This document shows positions 20,673 through 32,234 of a stretch of DNA of 64,000 nt, one piece after another. Source of the stretch: a bacterium (GTDB taxonomy: Bacteria > Electryoneota > JAOADG01); contig OY820579.1 in the NCBI GenBank assembly GCA_963681965.1, forward strand, positions 672,001 through 736,000, written 5' to 3'. Numbering within the stretch: the stretch's first letter is position 1; each line of letters begins with the position of its first letter. The notes under the pieces were generated by a model. It was given only the letters and a program-made list of their open reading frames with translations. It was not told the DNA's origin and ran no database searches. Both the position numbers and the translations under genes were made by a program.

Positions 20673-22163
20673 CTACAATTTCCAAGCAAAGCCTAAGTTG
20701 ACAAAGCTGCCGCTCAAGCTATTGCTACTGCCGGAGTATTCACTCGCCATAATGCTCGGATTGTCGGCAGTCAAATCTTTCTTCAATGCCATTTCGTACG
20801 CTAAGTGCGCTGAGAATGTCTTGCAGATATTGTAGCTGCACCCAACCGTAAGGTGGTGCTCGATGATTGCCGGGAAAACGGCAATCAAGGTCGAACTCGG
20901 TACCGGATTGCTTCCATAAGCATAGCCACCACGAACCGTCCAAGCCTGATTGATCATATATTCCGCACCGAGGCGAAGCATTACGGCGTCTTTCCAGTCC
21001 ATTGGGAAATCGACCGCGAAGTTGCCGTAATTGCCCATCATCCGGTTGATGTTGGGGTTGTCGCCATGCTTCAGTGTCAATTTGATCTTATCGTAGGCAT
21101 TCTTCCAATTGATCCACTCCACATCCATTGCCAGCAGCAACTTCGGATTCGCCTGATAGGAAATGCCGATTCCCACAGATTGCGGGTTGGTCAATTCGGC
21201 TTCGAGATCGTAATCGCCAACAAAACCACGCGCGGTATCGATACCCAATCCGGTATATTGCATCATCACGGCGTGACGAGCTGCAGCATCCGATAAACCG
21301 TATTGACGCTTCACGACAGCGACCTGTCTGCCAATCATATCGTCAGCTTGCCGCGTCATATCGATATGCGCCTTGCCGCCAGTATGCTTAAATGTCGTCG
21401 GGGAGGTGTAGTTAAATCCGAACGAAAGATCTTTGGTGGGCTTGTAAGCAAATCCGATTTTCCCGCCAAGACCCGAACCAGCCAAATCACTCATTTTCGA
21501 TGCGGCGGTTGTTTCCTGATATCCGTATATGCTGAAAATCTTGCCAAATGTCGTATCCGGTTTAGCAATACCAGCTAATGCAGACGGGGACATCGAAAAC
21601 GGCATTTCGAATTCAAGCGTACTGTACATCAGGTGCAGCGACATTCCGACAGATAACTTTTCGTTAATTTGATAAGCGACGCTCGGTCCGATCTGAATTA
21701 CGCCCAATTTCGAGTGATATTTCTGAGGATCGTAGACGTTATGTCCACCAGCAGTGTCAACCCAAAGGGCATGATTCAATTTGTAGTCTGCGCCCATTCC
21801 GCCGAGTGTAAACGCGCCAACACCCCAGGTAATGCGGTGTTTTTCTTGCAGTTTCGTGTTCACATAACCGATACCGCCTAACGGGTAAGTGTTGCGGTCA
21901 CCATCTTTATCGTTCAGATTATTTTTGAAGTGCGTTGTTGGCATCAATGCGGCAAAGTTGGCACCAATTCCAACTTCATCTAGAAAAGTCAATCCGGCTG
22001 GATTCGTCATCATGAGCGATGGACTATCAAACACGCCGATACCGGTTCCACCACGACCGTTCATTTTCGGACCAAAACCGATTAAGCGCGTTCCATTTGT
22101 GGCAAATGCTGAGGAAACAACCAGTAAGGTTAACAGTAGAATAGCAAGTAGTCTTCGCTTCAT
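20673..22163 (-). CDS. OmpP1/FadL/TodX-family outer-membrane transporter
   Basis: TNG..LIGFGPKMNGRGG, NPAGL hatch motif, WKDAVMLRLGAEY, RGGYAYGSNPVP; beta-barrel-type C-terminus. Confidence 0.9.
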   Translation of the reverse strand: MKRRLLAILLLTLLVVSSAFATNGTRLIGFGPKMNGRGGTGIGVFDSPSLMMTNPAGLTFLDEVGIGANFAALMPTTHFKNNLNDKDGDRNTYPLGGIGYVNTKLQEKHRITWGVGAFTLGGMGADYKLNHALWVDTAGGHNVYDPQKYHSKLGVIQIGPSVAYQINEKLSVGMSLHLMYSTLEFEMPFSMSPSALAGIAKPDTTFGKIFSIYGYQETTAASKMSDLAGSGLGGKIGFAYKPTKDLSFGFNYTSPTTFKHTGGKAHIDMTRQADDMIGRQVAVVKRQYGLSDAAARHAVMMQYTGLGIDTARGFVGDYDLEAELTNPQSVGIGISYQANPKLLLAMDVEWINWKNAYDKIKLTLKHGDNPNINRMMGNYGNFAVDFPMDWKDAVMLRLGAEYMINQAWTVRGGYAYGSNPVPSSTLIAVFPAIIEHHLTVGCSYNICKTFSAHLAYEMALKKDLTADNPSIMASEYSGSSNSLSGSFVNLGFAWKL

Positions 22164-22526
22164 TTGCGTCCCTTCCTATTGATATTGGTAAAAAACATCG
22201 TATAAACAACAAAATCTGCTAATGATTGGCGAGAAAAGTGTCGAATTTCATGGGATAATCCCCACTCATTGAACATCCCGATGATACAATTTTTTATTCA
22301 CGGAACCAAACTATTTTAGCAAATTAGTCGAAATTCTGACTTGGGTGAATTCGATCTAGAATCGAACGATTATTCTGTTTTTCCTGTTTCTTGCTCGAAA
22401 AGTGCCGAATTTCGTCAGATTGCTTGCAGTAGTCGGTTACCCTCTGTACCTTTGGGATCGAATCGACTTATTCCTGCGTTTCATCTGTATTCCATAATTG
22501 TTTTCTCAATGCTAGAGGAGCTCCTA

Positions 22527-23075
22527 ATGAAAAAACTCGGATTAATTTTAATCGTAGCACTGTTCACAACGGTAGCATTTGCCGCCGAGTTGACCGAACC
22601 GATTTTATTAACCTCGATCGGACAATCGGCAGACCTGTCCATGGCAAAAGCAATGCTGAAGAAAGCTGGTTGTGACTCTGCCAAGCTCGTCGTCGATAAA
22701 TTGGCAACCGCTGCCAAAGTTCCCGAGGGCGGTACGGTAGCAATGGTGGTGGGCGCATCCAACAAGGGTCTCGGCGAGGCACGCATTTCCGTCGATACCG
22801 AAATTGCCCGCGCGAAAACCTTAATCGAAGCGGCTAAAAAAGCCAAAGCGAAAATTTTATTGATCCACGTTGGTGGTAAAGAGCGTCGCGGTGGTCAATC
22901 CGAGGCGATTTGCAAAGCGGTTGCCGACGCTGCCGATGTGCTGGTCGTCAAGAAAGATGGCGACACTGATAGTTTCTTCGCCAATATCGCCAAAGCGAAC
23001 AAGAAACCGTATCACGGTTTCGTCAAGATTCCCGAAGGCACCAAAGAATTGGCGACAGCATTCGGTAAAAAATAA
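22527..23075 (+). CDS. Secreted DUF6305-like protein
   Basis: Signal peptide; PILLTSIGQSAD, GASNKGLG, HVGGKERRG and DGDTDSFF pattern recalled for DUF6305; GAGGAG RBS. Confidence 0.75.
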   Translation: MKKLGLILIVALFTTVAFAAELTEPILLTSIGQSADLSMAKAMLKKAGCDSAKLVVDKLATAAKVPEGGTVAMVVGASNKGLGEARISVDTEIARAKTLIEAAKKAKAKILLIHVGGKERRGGQSEAICKAVADAADVLVVKKDGDTDSFFANIAKANKKPYHGFVKIPEGTKELATAFGKK

Positions 23076-23130
23076 TTTTCGTCAATTCTCGGTTGAGAAT
23101 TAATCGCTCAACGTGAATGACATTTTCAGT

Positions 23131-23160
23131 AGAAGGGTGTATTTCAATACACCCTTCTTG
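23131..23160 (+). terminator. Intrinsic terminator
   Basis: AGAAGGGTGTATT-TC-AATACACCCTTCT followed by T-rich sequence. Confidence 0.75.
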
Positions 23161-23313
23161 CTTTATCACATCGATATTAGTATTGCGGATTTCGTTTATC
23201 TTTTTTTTGTTATCACTGGACTCGCGAAATAATCGGTGTTTATGTAGTATTCAACCGACTTCGCTGTTTGAAATCACGGCGTATACTTGCCATCTCATCG
23301 CGTTGGGGGTAGT

Positions 23314-25842
23314 ATGATGTTCTTTTTGATCTTCATCGTCCTGTTTGCGATCGCTATTACTTTTTACCGCTCGTTACAAGATCGGTACCGGAAACTGGAA
23401 GAAGCATTCCGCGCGCTTGTAATAAAACACAAGTTGCTCGACGGTCGTCTCGACACCGTCGAAAAAGAGTTAGCACAGCTAAAGAACAAGCCACTTGCGA
23501 CATCGCCGCTACCGAAAACCGAATTAATCTCCGAAATTTTCGAAGCGGCGCCAATTACTTCAACTCCACTGGAAGCACCGGAAATGGCACCCGTCGTCAA
23601 GACGGAGGCACCGCTACCGTTCACACCACCTCCACAAGAGACAATAACGCCACAAGAAATACCGATAGTACCGACACCGGTTCAACCCGAACCAGTGCCA
23701 TCACCGGTGGCTGCACACCCCGAAAAGAAATCGGAAGGGTGGGAATCGTTTGTCGGTGGTAAATTGTTCAACCGGATTGGTGCCGTCGCCCTTATCCTCT
23801 TCGCGGTATATTTCTTAAAGTATGCCTTCGAAAACAACCTGATTTCCGAGACGATGCGGATTGTTTTGGGTATATTTGCAGGTGCCGGTCTGATTGCCGG
23901 AGCGGAATTATCCCGAAAATCCGGTTACAATATCTTTGCTCAGGGGATATTGAGTGCGGGTATTGCAATCGAGTATCTATCGGTTTATGTCGGTACCGGA
24001 TTGTATCATTTGGTCTCAGTTGAAGCCGGGTTTGCTGGAATGTGTCTGGTTTCGCTCGTCGCACTCCTGTTTTCTTATCGCCTCAATTCACTTCCGGCAG
24101 TAATTTTGGCGTGGGCAGGTGGCTTTGCGACCCCCTTTTTACTACCCATTCATACCGATTATCCGATGGCGATGTTCATCTATTTACTCGTCCTCAATGC
24201 CAGTTTACTCTTCGTCATTCGATTAAAACCGCACTGGTTCATCCTCGAAGCGATCGGTTTTATCGCCACAACCATTTGTTACATCGCTTGGTATGCGCTG
24301 TCACCCGACTTAAATAAAATATCGATCTTTACTTCGTTTGCTATTCTTGCATGGTGCTTGTTCCATCTGATGGATCTCATTCGACCGGAACCCGATGATG
24401 AAATGGCGCAATACCTCCGGAATACCGTTCAAGTTTGTGTCGGAGTGGCAGTACTGCTGATTTCGATTGGTCTACTGCATTCGCATTACAAGTGGGAATT
24501 GATGACGATTATCGGTAGTATTTCTGGCTGCTATATCCTCTCTGGTTGGTTTCAATTTCGTCAGAATGGATTCAACAATATTCAATGGAATCGGCTATCG
24601 ATCACGGCGCTGGCATTTCTCGCGGTTGCCGCATTGTTGGCTCCGACGCTGCTCTGGAGTTGCATTCTTTTATTCCTGTTAAATGTCGGTCTGCTTGCCG
24701 GTCAACTGATGAAACGATCCTGGAATGCTGCCGAATTAGTGGGTATCATTTTTAGCTCATTTTCGGTATTTCTATTATATCATTCCACCCTCCCGCTCTT
24801 GGATCGGAATCTGTTCCTCGTTTTCATCGCCGCCATCTGGCTGCTTTACCATTTGAACGATCTCTTCCGGAAAACCGCTTTCGACTTATCGCTTCGACCG
24901 TTACGATTCGCCGCTCAGTGTGTCACGACCTATTTTATCTTCGCATCGCCCGCGGTTGTGTTATACACCGGTCATCCCACTCTTCTTGCCGTGATCTACT
25001 TACTTGTCGCTGCCGGTTATGCCATTTCAGCCGGGAATTGGTGGTATCGTACCGCAAATCTCGATCTGCAGTGGAATCGCTTGGTTGGATCCGCAATCGT
25101 GATGCTCATGGCGGGCACACTGGTATATTTCGAAGGGTTCGTCGTCGTTGTCTTCTGGTCGATCGAAGCGATTTTAATCGCATGGTGGGGGGCATATAAG
25201 GGATATCAGATTATCGGGAAATTTTCCTTTGCGATGATCGCGATTACTTTCCTGAAATATCTGAGTATAACGGGAGCTTTGTCGTGGCATCCCATCCTGG
25301 AATTTGAGTTACTCTTCAATCTCAGGTTCCTTGCCGCATTCTTGTTAGTCGGAGCTATGTCTACGATCCTCTTTCTCGCCACAACCCTCGATGAGTTTCT
25401 GTCGCAAATACTGAAATTGTTGTTGGGTATTGGAATCGCCGCACTGGTCTTCCTACTCATTACATCCGAAACGGTCGATAACTACAATCAGCAAATTGCC
25501 ATGCTGAGCGGTCGCATCGAGTCCGATCGACTGGCAGTCGCCTCGATGCAAAATATGAAACAGTTGGTGCTTTCGGGTGCGTGGCTGGCTTATTCTGTGA
25601 TCGCAATGGTGTTGGGTTTGTGGATGCGGAAACGGGGCATTCGGCTGGCGGCAATTATCGTATTCGGTATGACGATATTTAAGATTTTCGCGATCGATTT
25701 ATCGTTCCTCGACGCTTGGTATCGAATGTTGTCGTTCCTTGCGCTGGGCGTCATTCTGATTTCGGTATCGTTCCTGTATCAGAAATACAAAGCGGTAATT
25801 CTTCCTCCCGAAAAAGAGGGCGTAGAGCAAGATCTGAATTAG
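23314..25842 (+). CDS. DUF2339 multi-pass membrane protein
   Basis: Pro-rich linker, WESFVGGKLFNRIG, FLKYAFEN, and C-terminal KIFAIDLSFL...RMLSFLALGVILISVSFLYQK. Confidence 0.9.
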   Translation: MMFFLIFIVLFAIAITFYRSLQDRYRKLEEAFRALVIKHKLLDGRLDTVEKELAQLKNKPLATSPLPKTELISEIFEAAPITSTPLEAPEMAPVVKTEAPLPFTPPPQETITPQEIPIVPTPVQPEPVPSPVAAHPEKKSEGWESFVGGKLFNRIGAVALILFAVYFLKYAFENNLISETMRIVLGIFAGAGLIAGAELSRKSGYNIFAQGILSAGIAIEYLSVYVGTGLYHLVSVEAGFAGMCLVSLVALLFSYRLNSLPAVILAWAGGFATPFLLPIHTDYPMAMFIYLLVLNASLLFVIRLKPHWFILEAIGFIATTICYIAWYALSPDLNKISIFTSFAILAWCLFHLMDLIRPEPDDEMAQYLRNTVQVCVGVAVLLISIGLLHSHYKWELMTIIGSISGCYILSGWFQFRQNGFNNIQWNRLSITALAFLAVAALLAPTLLWSCILLFLLNVGLLAGQLMKRSWNAAELVGIIFSSFSVFLLYHSTLPLLDRNLFLVFIAAIWLLYHLNDLFRKTAFDLSLRPLRFAAQCVTTYFIFASPAVVLYTGHPTLLAVIYLLVAAGYAISAGNWWYRTANLDLQWNRLVGSAIVMLMAGTLVYFEGFVVVVFWSIEAILIAWWGAYKGYQIIGKFSFAMIAITFLKYLSITGALSWHPILEFELLFNLRFLAAFLLVGAMSTILFLATTLDEFLSQILKLLLGIGIAALVFLLITSETVDNYNQQIAMLSGRIESDRLAVASMQNMKQLVLSGAWLAYSVIAMVLGLWMRKRGIRLAAIIVFGMTIFKIFAIDLSFLDAWYRMLSFLALGVILISVSFLYQKYKAVILPPEKEGVEQDLN

Positions 25843-25864
25843 TTCTGTGGCAAGTATGATTCTG

Positions 25865-25901
25865 AAAACCGGTTGAGCGACTTTTCCGCTCAACCGGTTT
25901 T
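25865..25901. terminator. Bidirectional terminator between convergent genes
   Basis: AAAACCGGTTGAGCG-acttttc-CGCTCAACCGGTTTT perfect 15-bp stem. Confidence 0.85.
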
Positions 25902-25906
25902 ATTTC

Positions 25907-28900
25907 CTAGTCAAGTACTTCGCGTAGCTTTCTCGAAATCGATTCGATCGAGAACGGCTTCTGAATAAAATGAATTCCTTCTTCGAGAATTCCCTGATGA
26001 GCGATGACATCGGAGGTGTATCCCGACATAAATAGTACTTTCATATCGGGTTTAATCTGTCTTATTGTCTCGAATAGCTTCTTTCCATTCATTTCCGGCA
26101 TAATCACATCCGACAGCATTAAGTCGACCACTTCTTCGGAAGAATGAATAAATTCTACACATTTTGCCGGACTATTCATCCCATACACTTTGTAACCCAA
26201 AAATTCCAACATCTGGCATGTCATCTCGCGCACATTATCATTGTCTTCAACGACTAATAGTTTTTCAGTACCCCGCTTATATCCATCCGAGATGGCAGAT
26301 TTTTTCTCGGTAATAATTGCTTCGTTCGATTTGATAAAATAGAGTCGAAAAGTTGTACCCTTACCCAATTTACTCTCTACCGAGATGTGTCCGCTGTGCT
26401 GCTTGACAATGCCAAATACTGTCGACAAGCCTAATCCAGTACCCTTTCCCTGCTCCTTGGTCGTGAAAAACGGTTCGAATATTTTCGATAAATTCTCGGT
26501 AGAAATCCCGCTGCCGGTATCGCTGACCGTCAATTGCGCATACCGACCCGGTTTGACGTCCGGATAATTTTTACAGTAATCCGGAGTCAGTTCGACTGAG
26601 GAAACTTTAAATGATAGCTCGCCGCCGTGCGTCATCGCATCTTGCGCATTGATTGCAAGATTCATCAAGATTTGTTCAATTTGCCCGATATCGGCGACAA
26701 TCGGAATCGGTTTGGCGGGCAAAGAGAATGTAATTGAAATATCCTCGCGAATCGTTCGACGCAGAATTTTCTGAAAATCCGAGATGATTTGATCCAACGC
26801 TACTGGTTTTAATTCCAAAACCTGTTTTCGACTAAACGCCAGCAATTGACGTGTTAATCCCGAAGCGCGGTCGGCGGCGTTGTAGATCTCGCGAACATCG
26901 TTGTGACGTGGATCGTTCTCGTGGATGTTGTTCATCAACATTTCCGAATATCCGAGAATCGGTGACAGCAAGTTATTGAAGTCGTGTGCGACACCACCTG
27001 CCAGTTGTCCGATCGCCTCCAATTTCTGCGATTGACGCAACATGGCTTCCAAACGCTTTCTCGCCTCTTCCTCTTGTTTCCGATCGGAAATATCGACCGC
27101 TAATCCGCGAACTCCGACAACTTTCCCCTCGCTGTAGATCGGACTTGAATAGATTAAAGCGGGAAAAGTAGAGCGATCTGTGCGTCGAATGGTGTACTCG
27201 ACACCCTGCAACGAATGCCCATTGAGCACCTGTCGCATATCCTCATACGCCTTCTCCTGCGATTCCTCAGCAACGACGTCGGTAATATTAATCGTAGTAA
27301 CATCTTTGGATTCGTCAAACCCCAGTTCTTTGAAACCACGAATATTGGAATATGTAAAGGAGCCCAATACGTCGATTTCAAATACGATTTGCGGCAACAA
27401 ATTCGATAGATCGCGGTACCGTTGCTCGCTATCTTTCAGCGCGACATCGGCAGTTAGACGCTCCAACTCGGCACCGGCTCGTGTAGCAAACAGCGACAAG
27501 ATCGACAATAGGTGTTCGAATTGTAAAATCGGTTTATTGTCGAAGATCGCCAGAATTCCAAGCAGTTCGCCAGTACTGGAAATTAGTGGAATGCCTAAAT
27601 ATGACGTAATTCCTAGTTCTTGTAACTCTCGACAATTGGGATATAACTCTTGCACTTTGTCGGAAATATACTTTGTTTCGCGCGTCAGAATTGTCGAACA
27701 GGGTGAATCCGCGAGATCATATAACCTGTTTTCAATCAACTCGACATCTTGACATCGACCAATCGATTCCAGTTGATTGCGATTGTCATGCGGAAATCGA
27801 TCGATCGTAACCATGCGCACTCGGAGTGTTTTTGCGATCGATTGTGCAAACGACTGGAAGTACTTCATTCCCGTCACGGATACGGTTTCCCGAAGAATCG
27901 TGTCGAGCATGATTTCTAGGCTTTTACGCTCGGAAATATTGTGGACGATCATCAAAAAGCAGGGATCGCCATTGAGAACGATTGGTCGCACCGAAACTAA
28001 TCCGTGAATTAATTTTCCCGATTTCGATTTAAATTCGCCTTCAAAGTTGTCGACATAACCATTTGCTTTTATGATTTCAACTAATCTTTTTCGGTCTTCA
28101 ATATTCCGCCAGGTACCAATTTGATTGACTGGCTTTCCGATTACCTCTTCGCGCGTATATTCGGTTTCCTTACAGAATGCGTCGTTTACCGCCATGTGTA
28201 GACCATCGGAAATTCGGGAAATCGCTATGACATCCGGACTGGTCTGAAAAATCATTTCAAATTTCTCGACGGAAACTAGTAATTCGTCCTCTGTCTTTTT
28301 TCGCTCGGTAATATCACGCGCGATAATCAACAAACACTCGTTTCCACGATACTCCATTGAACTGATCGACAGCAGGGCAGTTATGATACTTCCATCTTTC
28401 CTGCGAATGCCCATTTCAAAATCGCGAACCACCCCATCGTTTTTTAATAATTCGATTACCCGATTACGCTCCTCCGGTTTCTCCCAAATGTGTAAATCAA
28501 AAGATGTTTTCCCGACCACTTCGTCGCGAGTATACCCAATCATCGATAAAAAATGCTCATTGACCTCGATAAAAGTGCCGTCGTTAAGGTTGGTCAAAGA
28601 TATCGAATCGGGACCGGTCTGAAATACTTTCGCGAATTTCTGTTCCGATTCTTCCAATTCTTGAACTAGTTTCTTTTGACCGGTTATATCAGTAAGAATA
28701 AAGGTCAATCCGGTAATTTTATCGTCGACTTTCGATGGTCCAATTCGCACTAAATACCACGTGCCGTGCTGATCGATCGTTTCAATACTAATCGGTTTTC
28801 CGGTTTGTAAAATGGTGTCGATGTGGTTTCGAAGATCACTAGCACGATCTGGTTTTACAAACTCTTCGATATTTTTGCCGACCGGATTCAGGTTCGGATC

Positions 28901-29404
28901 ACTGATTTCAACATTGATAAATTGAACGACTCCGTTGATATCGGTGTTGAATATTACATTCGGTGCGTATTTGGCGAGTGAACGCCATTTCGCTTCACTT
29001 TCGCGCAATTTCTTTTCGGTCGATTTCATCGCAGTGATGTCGCGGGCAACGCCGACAATAGAATCGACATCACCGTTGTCGTTAAACACTGGCGATAGAA
29101 TGACCATCAGTGTTCGAATCTCGCTACCGAGCTGCATCGGTGCTTCAATACGGAGAGATTCTTTCGATGCGATTACTGCTTGGATCACTTGCTGTTGGTA
29201 AGCGACAAATTCCGGTGGAAAAAAATCGGAAATCGACCGACCAAGTATTTCATTCGGTGACATCTGGAAGGGTTTGGCACCGGCAGAATTCATCATTACG
29301 TATTTCCCGGTCAAATCAAGCTGGAAAATAATATCATCGGTCGCTTCGACAATGGCGCGATAAGGGTTGTTTTTCGTCGATTGAAAAGCGGCTTCACCGG
29401 TCAT
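25907..29404 (-). CDS. Cytoplasmic hybrid sensor histidine kinase (multiple PAS, GAF, HisKA/HATPase, REC)
   Basis: QSQKLEAIGQLAGGVAHDFNNLL, NLAINAQDAM, FEPFFTTK..GKGTGLGL; receiver SDVIMPEMNG...FIQKPF. Confidence 0.95.
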   Translation of the reverse strand: MTGEAAFQSTKNNPYRAIVEATDDIIFQLDLTGKYVMMNSAGAKPFQMSPNEILGRSISDFFPPEFVAYQQQVIQAVIASKESLRIEAPMQLGSEIRTLMVILSPVFNDNGDVDSIVGVARDITAMKSTEKKLRESEAKWRSLAKYAPNVIFNTDINGVVQFINVEISDPNLNPVGKNIEEFVKPDRASDLRNHIDTILQTGKPISIETIDQHGTWYLVRIGPSKVDDKITGLTFILTDITGQKKLVQELEESEQKFAKVFQTGPDSISLTNLNDGTFIEVNEHFLSMIGYTRDEVVGKTSFDLHIWEKPEERNRVIELLKNDGVVRDFEMGIRRKDGSIITALLSISSMEYRGNECLLIIARDITERKKTEDELLVSVEKFEMIFQTSPDVIAISRISDGLHMAVNDAFCKETEYTREEVIGKPVNQIGTWRNIEDRKRLVEIIKANGYVDNFEGEFKSKSGKLIHGLVSVRPIVLNGDPCFLMIVHNISERKSLEIMLDTILRETVSVTGMKYFQSFAQSIAKTLRVRMVTIDRFPHDNRNQLESIGRCQDVELIENRLYDLADSPCSTILTRETKYISDKVQELYPNCRELQELGITSYLGIPLISSTGELLGILAIFDNKPILQFEHLLSILSLFATRAGAELERLTADVALKDSEQRYRDLSNLLPQIVFEIDVLGSFTYSNIRGFKELGFDESKDVTTINITDVVAEESQEKAYEDMRQVLNGHSLQGVEYTIRRTDRSTFPALIYSSPIYSEGKVVGVRGLAVDISDRKQEEEARKRLEAMLRQSQKLEAIGQLAGGVAHDFNNLLSPILGYSEMLMNNIHENDPRHNDVREIYNAADRASGLTRQLLAFSRKQVLELKPVALDQIISDFQKILRRTIREDISITFSLPAKPIPIVADIGQIEQILMNLAINAQDAMTHGGELSFKVSSVELTPDYCKNYPDVKPGRYAQLTVSDTGSGISTENLSKIFEPFFTTKEQGKGTGLGLSTVFGIVKQHSGHISVESKLGKGTTFRLYFIKSNEAIITEKKSAISDGYKRGTEKLLVVEDNDNVREMTCQMLEFLGYKVYGMNSPAKCVEFIHSSEEVVDLMLSDVIMPEMNGKKLFETIRQIKPDMKVLFMSGYTSDVIAHQGILEEGIHFIQKPFSIESISRKLREVLD

Positions 29405-29725
29405 GCGATATTCCTTTTACAACTACTGGACAACTAAGAGTAAAACAAGACATACAGGTGACTTATTACACTTGTTCGAATAAATCGAAACCACTGCTTT
29501 ATAGTGCTCACAACTCTCGGTTAGATTTGTTTATATAGCGAAATCACAGTACTAATTCAATGCCTCAGTGTTCCTTTTCACTTTTTTTTTTATTGTTCTA
29601 CTACTAATTACGAAACCACAATGTCCTGTAACATCAATAGTAACGTTAATTATATAAAACCAAGACATTACGCCTTTTAGCAGAAATCACTTATCTTATC
29701 CTCATTCAACTGGATGGACAATTGT

Positions 29726-32188
29726 ATGAGTACGAAACGCGAAATGCGTGAACATGCCGACGAAGTCAGCCGACTGCTTCCCATGATGCCAGTACGGGAT
29801 CTTGCGATTTTTCCGCAAACAATCGCACCGTTGCTGGTTAATCGTGATTTATCGCATAACGCGATCGAACAAGCACAGAAACAAAGCGGGCAAGTGTTGC
29901 TGTTGCTCGAACCGGAAAATGTCACCGACGATATGCTCCCCGGCGATTACCCCAAAATCGGTATCGTTGCACGGGTCCTGCAGGTACTCACGCTTCCGAA
30001 TAATATGACCAAAGTGCTGGTCGAAGGTCTTTTTCGCGCCGAGGTTGAGGAGTTTTTTGTCTCGAACACGCTTTGGCAAGCACAGTTCCATCCCATCATC
30101 ATTCGCGACAGCGATCCACAACAGCTTGAGGCTGCCCAACGGCACACACTCGATTTGTTTCGCCATTACGCCAGCTCGCAGCGTATCAACGTCGAAGAAG
30201 TGATTGCAGCATGCGATACATTTAAAGATTCCGTGCGCGTTGCCGATTTCCTCGCTTCGCACATCCAATGCCCCGCATTCCGCAAACAACCGTTATTAGA
30301 TGCCCCCACACAAATCGATGCACTGATTGCCGTTGCCACATTGATTACCAACGAAACTGAAATGGTGGTACTCGAAAAGCAGATCGAAGGGCAGGTTCGC
30401 GAACGGATCAATAAATCGCAACGACAATATTTTCTGCAAGAGCAACTCCGGCAAATCAAGCGCGAATTGGGCGAGACTGAAGATGCCGACGATTTCGGCG
30501 ATGTGATTCAGTATCGCAAATTGATCAAAAAAGCCAAGATGCCGAAAGAGGTTCGCGCGAAAGCCGAAGAAGAGTTGGAACGACTGAAACAGATGCCAAT
30601 GCTATCGCCAGAAGCGACGGTCGTTCGCGGTTATGTCGATTGGTTGATCTCGCTCCCGTGGCATCACCGCACCACCGATCGCGACAATATCGATGCCGCC
30701 CATGCCATCTTGGAAGAAGATCACTACGGTTTATTGAAGCCGAAAGAGCGGATTCTGGAATATTTAAGTGTCATCAAACTGGTCGGGAAGGTGCGCGGTC
30801 CCATTCTTTGCTTTGTTGGTCCTCCCGGTGTCGGCAAAACATCGCTCGGTCGATCCATCGCGCGGGCGCTGGATCGAAAATTCGTTCGGATGTCGCTCGG
30901 TGGAATTCGCGACGAGGCGGAAATTCGAGGACATCGACGTACTTATATCGGTTCCATGCCAGGTCGAATTATCCAAGGCATGAAAAAAGCCGGATCGAAA
31001 AATCCCGTATTCTTACTCGACGAAATCGATAAAATGTCGGTCGATTTCCGTGGCGATCCCGCCAGTGCATTGCTCGAAGTACTGGATCCGGAACAGAATA
31101 AAACATTCTCCGATCACTATCTCGAAGTCGATTTCGATCTATCCGAAGTTTTGTTCATTACCACCGCCAATTATCGCTCGGCGATTCCGGAACCGCTCTT
31201 GGATCGTATGGAGATAATCGAATTACTCGGTTATCTCCCTCCTGAAAAACTTCAGATTGCTCGACGTTTTCTAGTACCGCGCCAACTTACCGAACACGGA
31301 CTGACCGGCGATCGGCTGACGATCCCCGACAGCTCGCTGAAACGCATCATCGAAGAGTATACCCGCGAAGCCGGTGTCCGCGAGTTGGAACGCTCGATTG
31401 CAAACGTCTGCCGCAAGAGTGCCCGCCGAATTGCCGAAGGAAAAACCCAAGCGGTCGTCGCAACACCACGTTTGCTGCCACAACTGCTCGGTGTGCCGAA
31501 ATTCGTCGATAAACCGCTCGATGGAAAAGACCGTGTCGGTGTCGCAATTGGTCTGGCGTGGACACCGGTCGGTGGTGATGTTTTAAAAGTCCAAGTTGCG
31601 ATCACTCCCGGAAAAGGCAAGTTGGTGCTCACCGGACGATTGGGCGAAGTGATGAAGGAATCTGGAATGGCGGCGCTCACACTGCTGAAAGCTCGCCACA
31701 AAGAACTTGGATTGAGCTGGGAGCCGTTCGAAAAAAATGATCTTCACGTCCACGTACCGGAAGGGGCTGTTCCCAAAGACGGACCGAGTGCCGGCATCAC
31801 TTTGGCTACCGCGCTATATTCTGCACTTTCCGGTCGCAAAGTCCGGGGTGATATCGCGATGACTGGCGAGGTAACGCTTCAGGGTGAAGTCCTGCCAATC
31901 GGCGGGTTACCCGAAAAACTTATGGCAGCCAAACGCGCCGGGCTATCGCTTGTCATTATTCCCGAACAAAATGTCAAAGATTTGAAAGAAGTGCCGCCAC
32001 AAGTGCTGAAAGGATTGAAACTGAATCCGGTAAAGACGATCGATCAAGTTTGGAAACTCGCACTACGTCGGCTTCCGACCTCAAAAAAATCGACCACCGA
32101 GCAATCGAATTATACTTCGATTATACCAACGCTCGATCACCCCTCGCCCCACATCGATCTAGACGATCTTGAGATTGGCGAGATGTAA
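29726..32188 (+). CDS. lon: ATP-dependent protease La
   Basis: [11 protein letters not shown] Walker [20 protein letters not shown] catalytic Ser and PIGGLPEK Lys. Start 29726 or 29714. Confidence 0.97.
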   Translation: MSTKREMREHADEVSRLLPMMPVRDLAIFPQTIAPLLVNRDLSHNAIEQAQKQSGQVLLLLEPENVTDDMLPGDYPKIGIVARVLQVLTLPNNMTKVLVEGLFRAEVEEFFVSNTLWQAQFHPIIIRDSDPQQLEAAQRHTLDLFRHYASSQRINVEEVIAACDTFKDSVRVADFLASHIQCPAFRKQPLLDAPTQIDALIAVATLITNETEMVVLEKQIEGQVRERINKSQRQYFLQEQLRQIKRELGETEDADDFGDVIQYRKLIKKAKMPKEVRAKAEEELERLKQMPMLSPEATVVRGYVDWLISLPWHHRTTDRDNIDAAHAILEEDHYGLLKPKERILEYLSVIKLVGKVRGPILCFVGPPGVGKTSLGRSIARALDRKFVRMSLGGIRDEAEIRGHRRTYIGSMPGRIIQGMKKAGSKNPVFLLDEIDKMSVDFRGDPASALLEVLDPEQNKTFSDHYLEVDFDLSEVLFITTANYRSAIPEPLLDRMEIIELLGYLPPEKLQIARRFLVPRQLTEHGLTGDRLTIPDSSLKRIIEEYTREAGVRELERSIANVCRKSARRIAEGKTQAVVATPRLLPQLLGVPKFVDKPLDGKDRVGVAIGLAWTPVGGDVLKVQVAITPGKGKLVLTGRLGEVMKESGMAALTLLKARHKELGLSWEPFEKNDLHVHVPEGAVPKDGPSAGITLATALYSALSGRKVRGDIAMTGEVTLQGEVLPIGGLPEKLMAAKRAGLSLVIIPEQNVKDLKEVPPQVLKGLKLNPVKTIDQVWKLALRRLPTSKKSTTEQSNYTSIIPTLDHPSPHIDLDDLEIGEM

Positions 32189-32234
32189 TCGATGGCGATG
32201 ACTGGATTCAAAATGTGCTTTATGAGGATGATTT

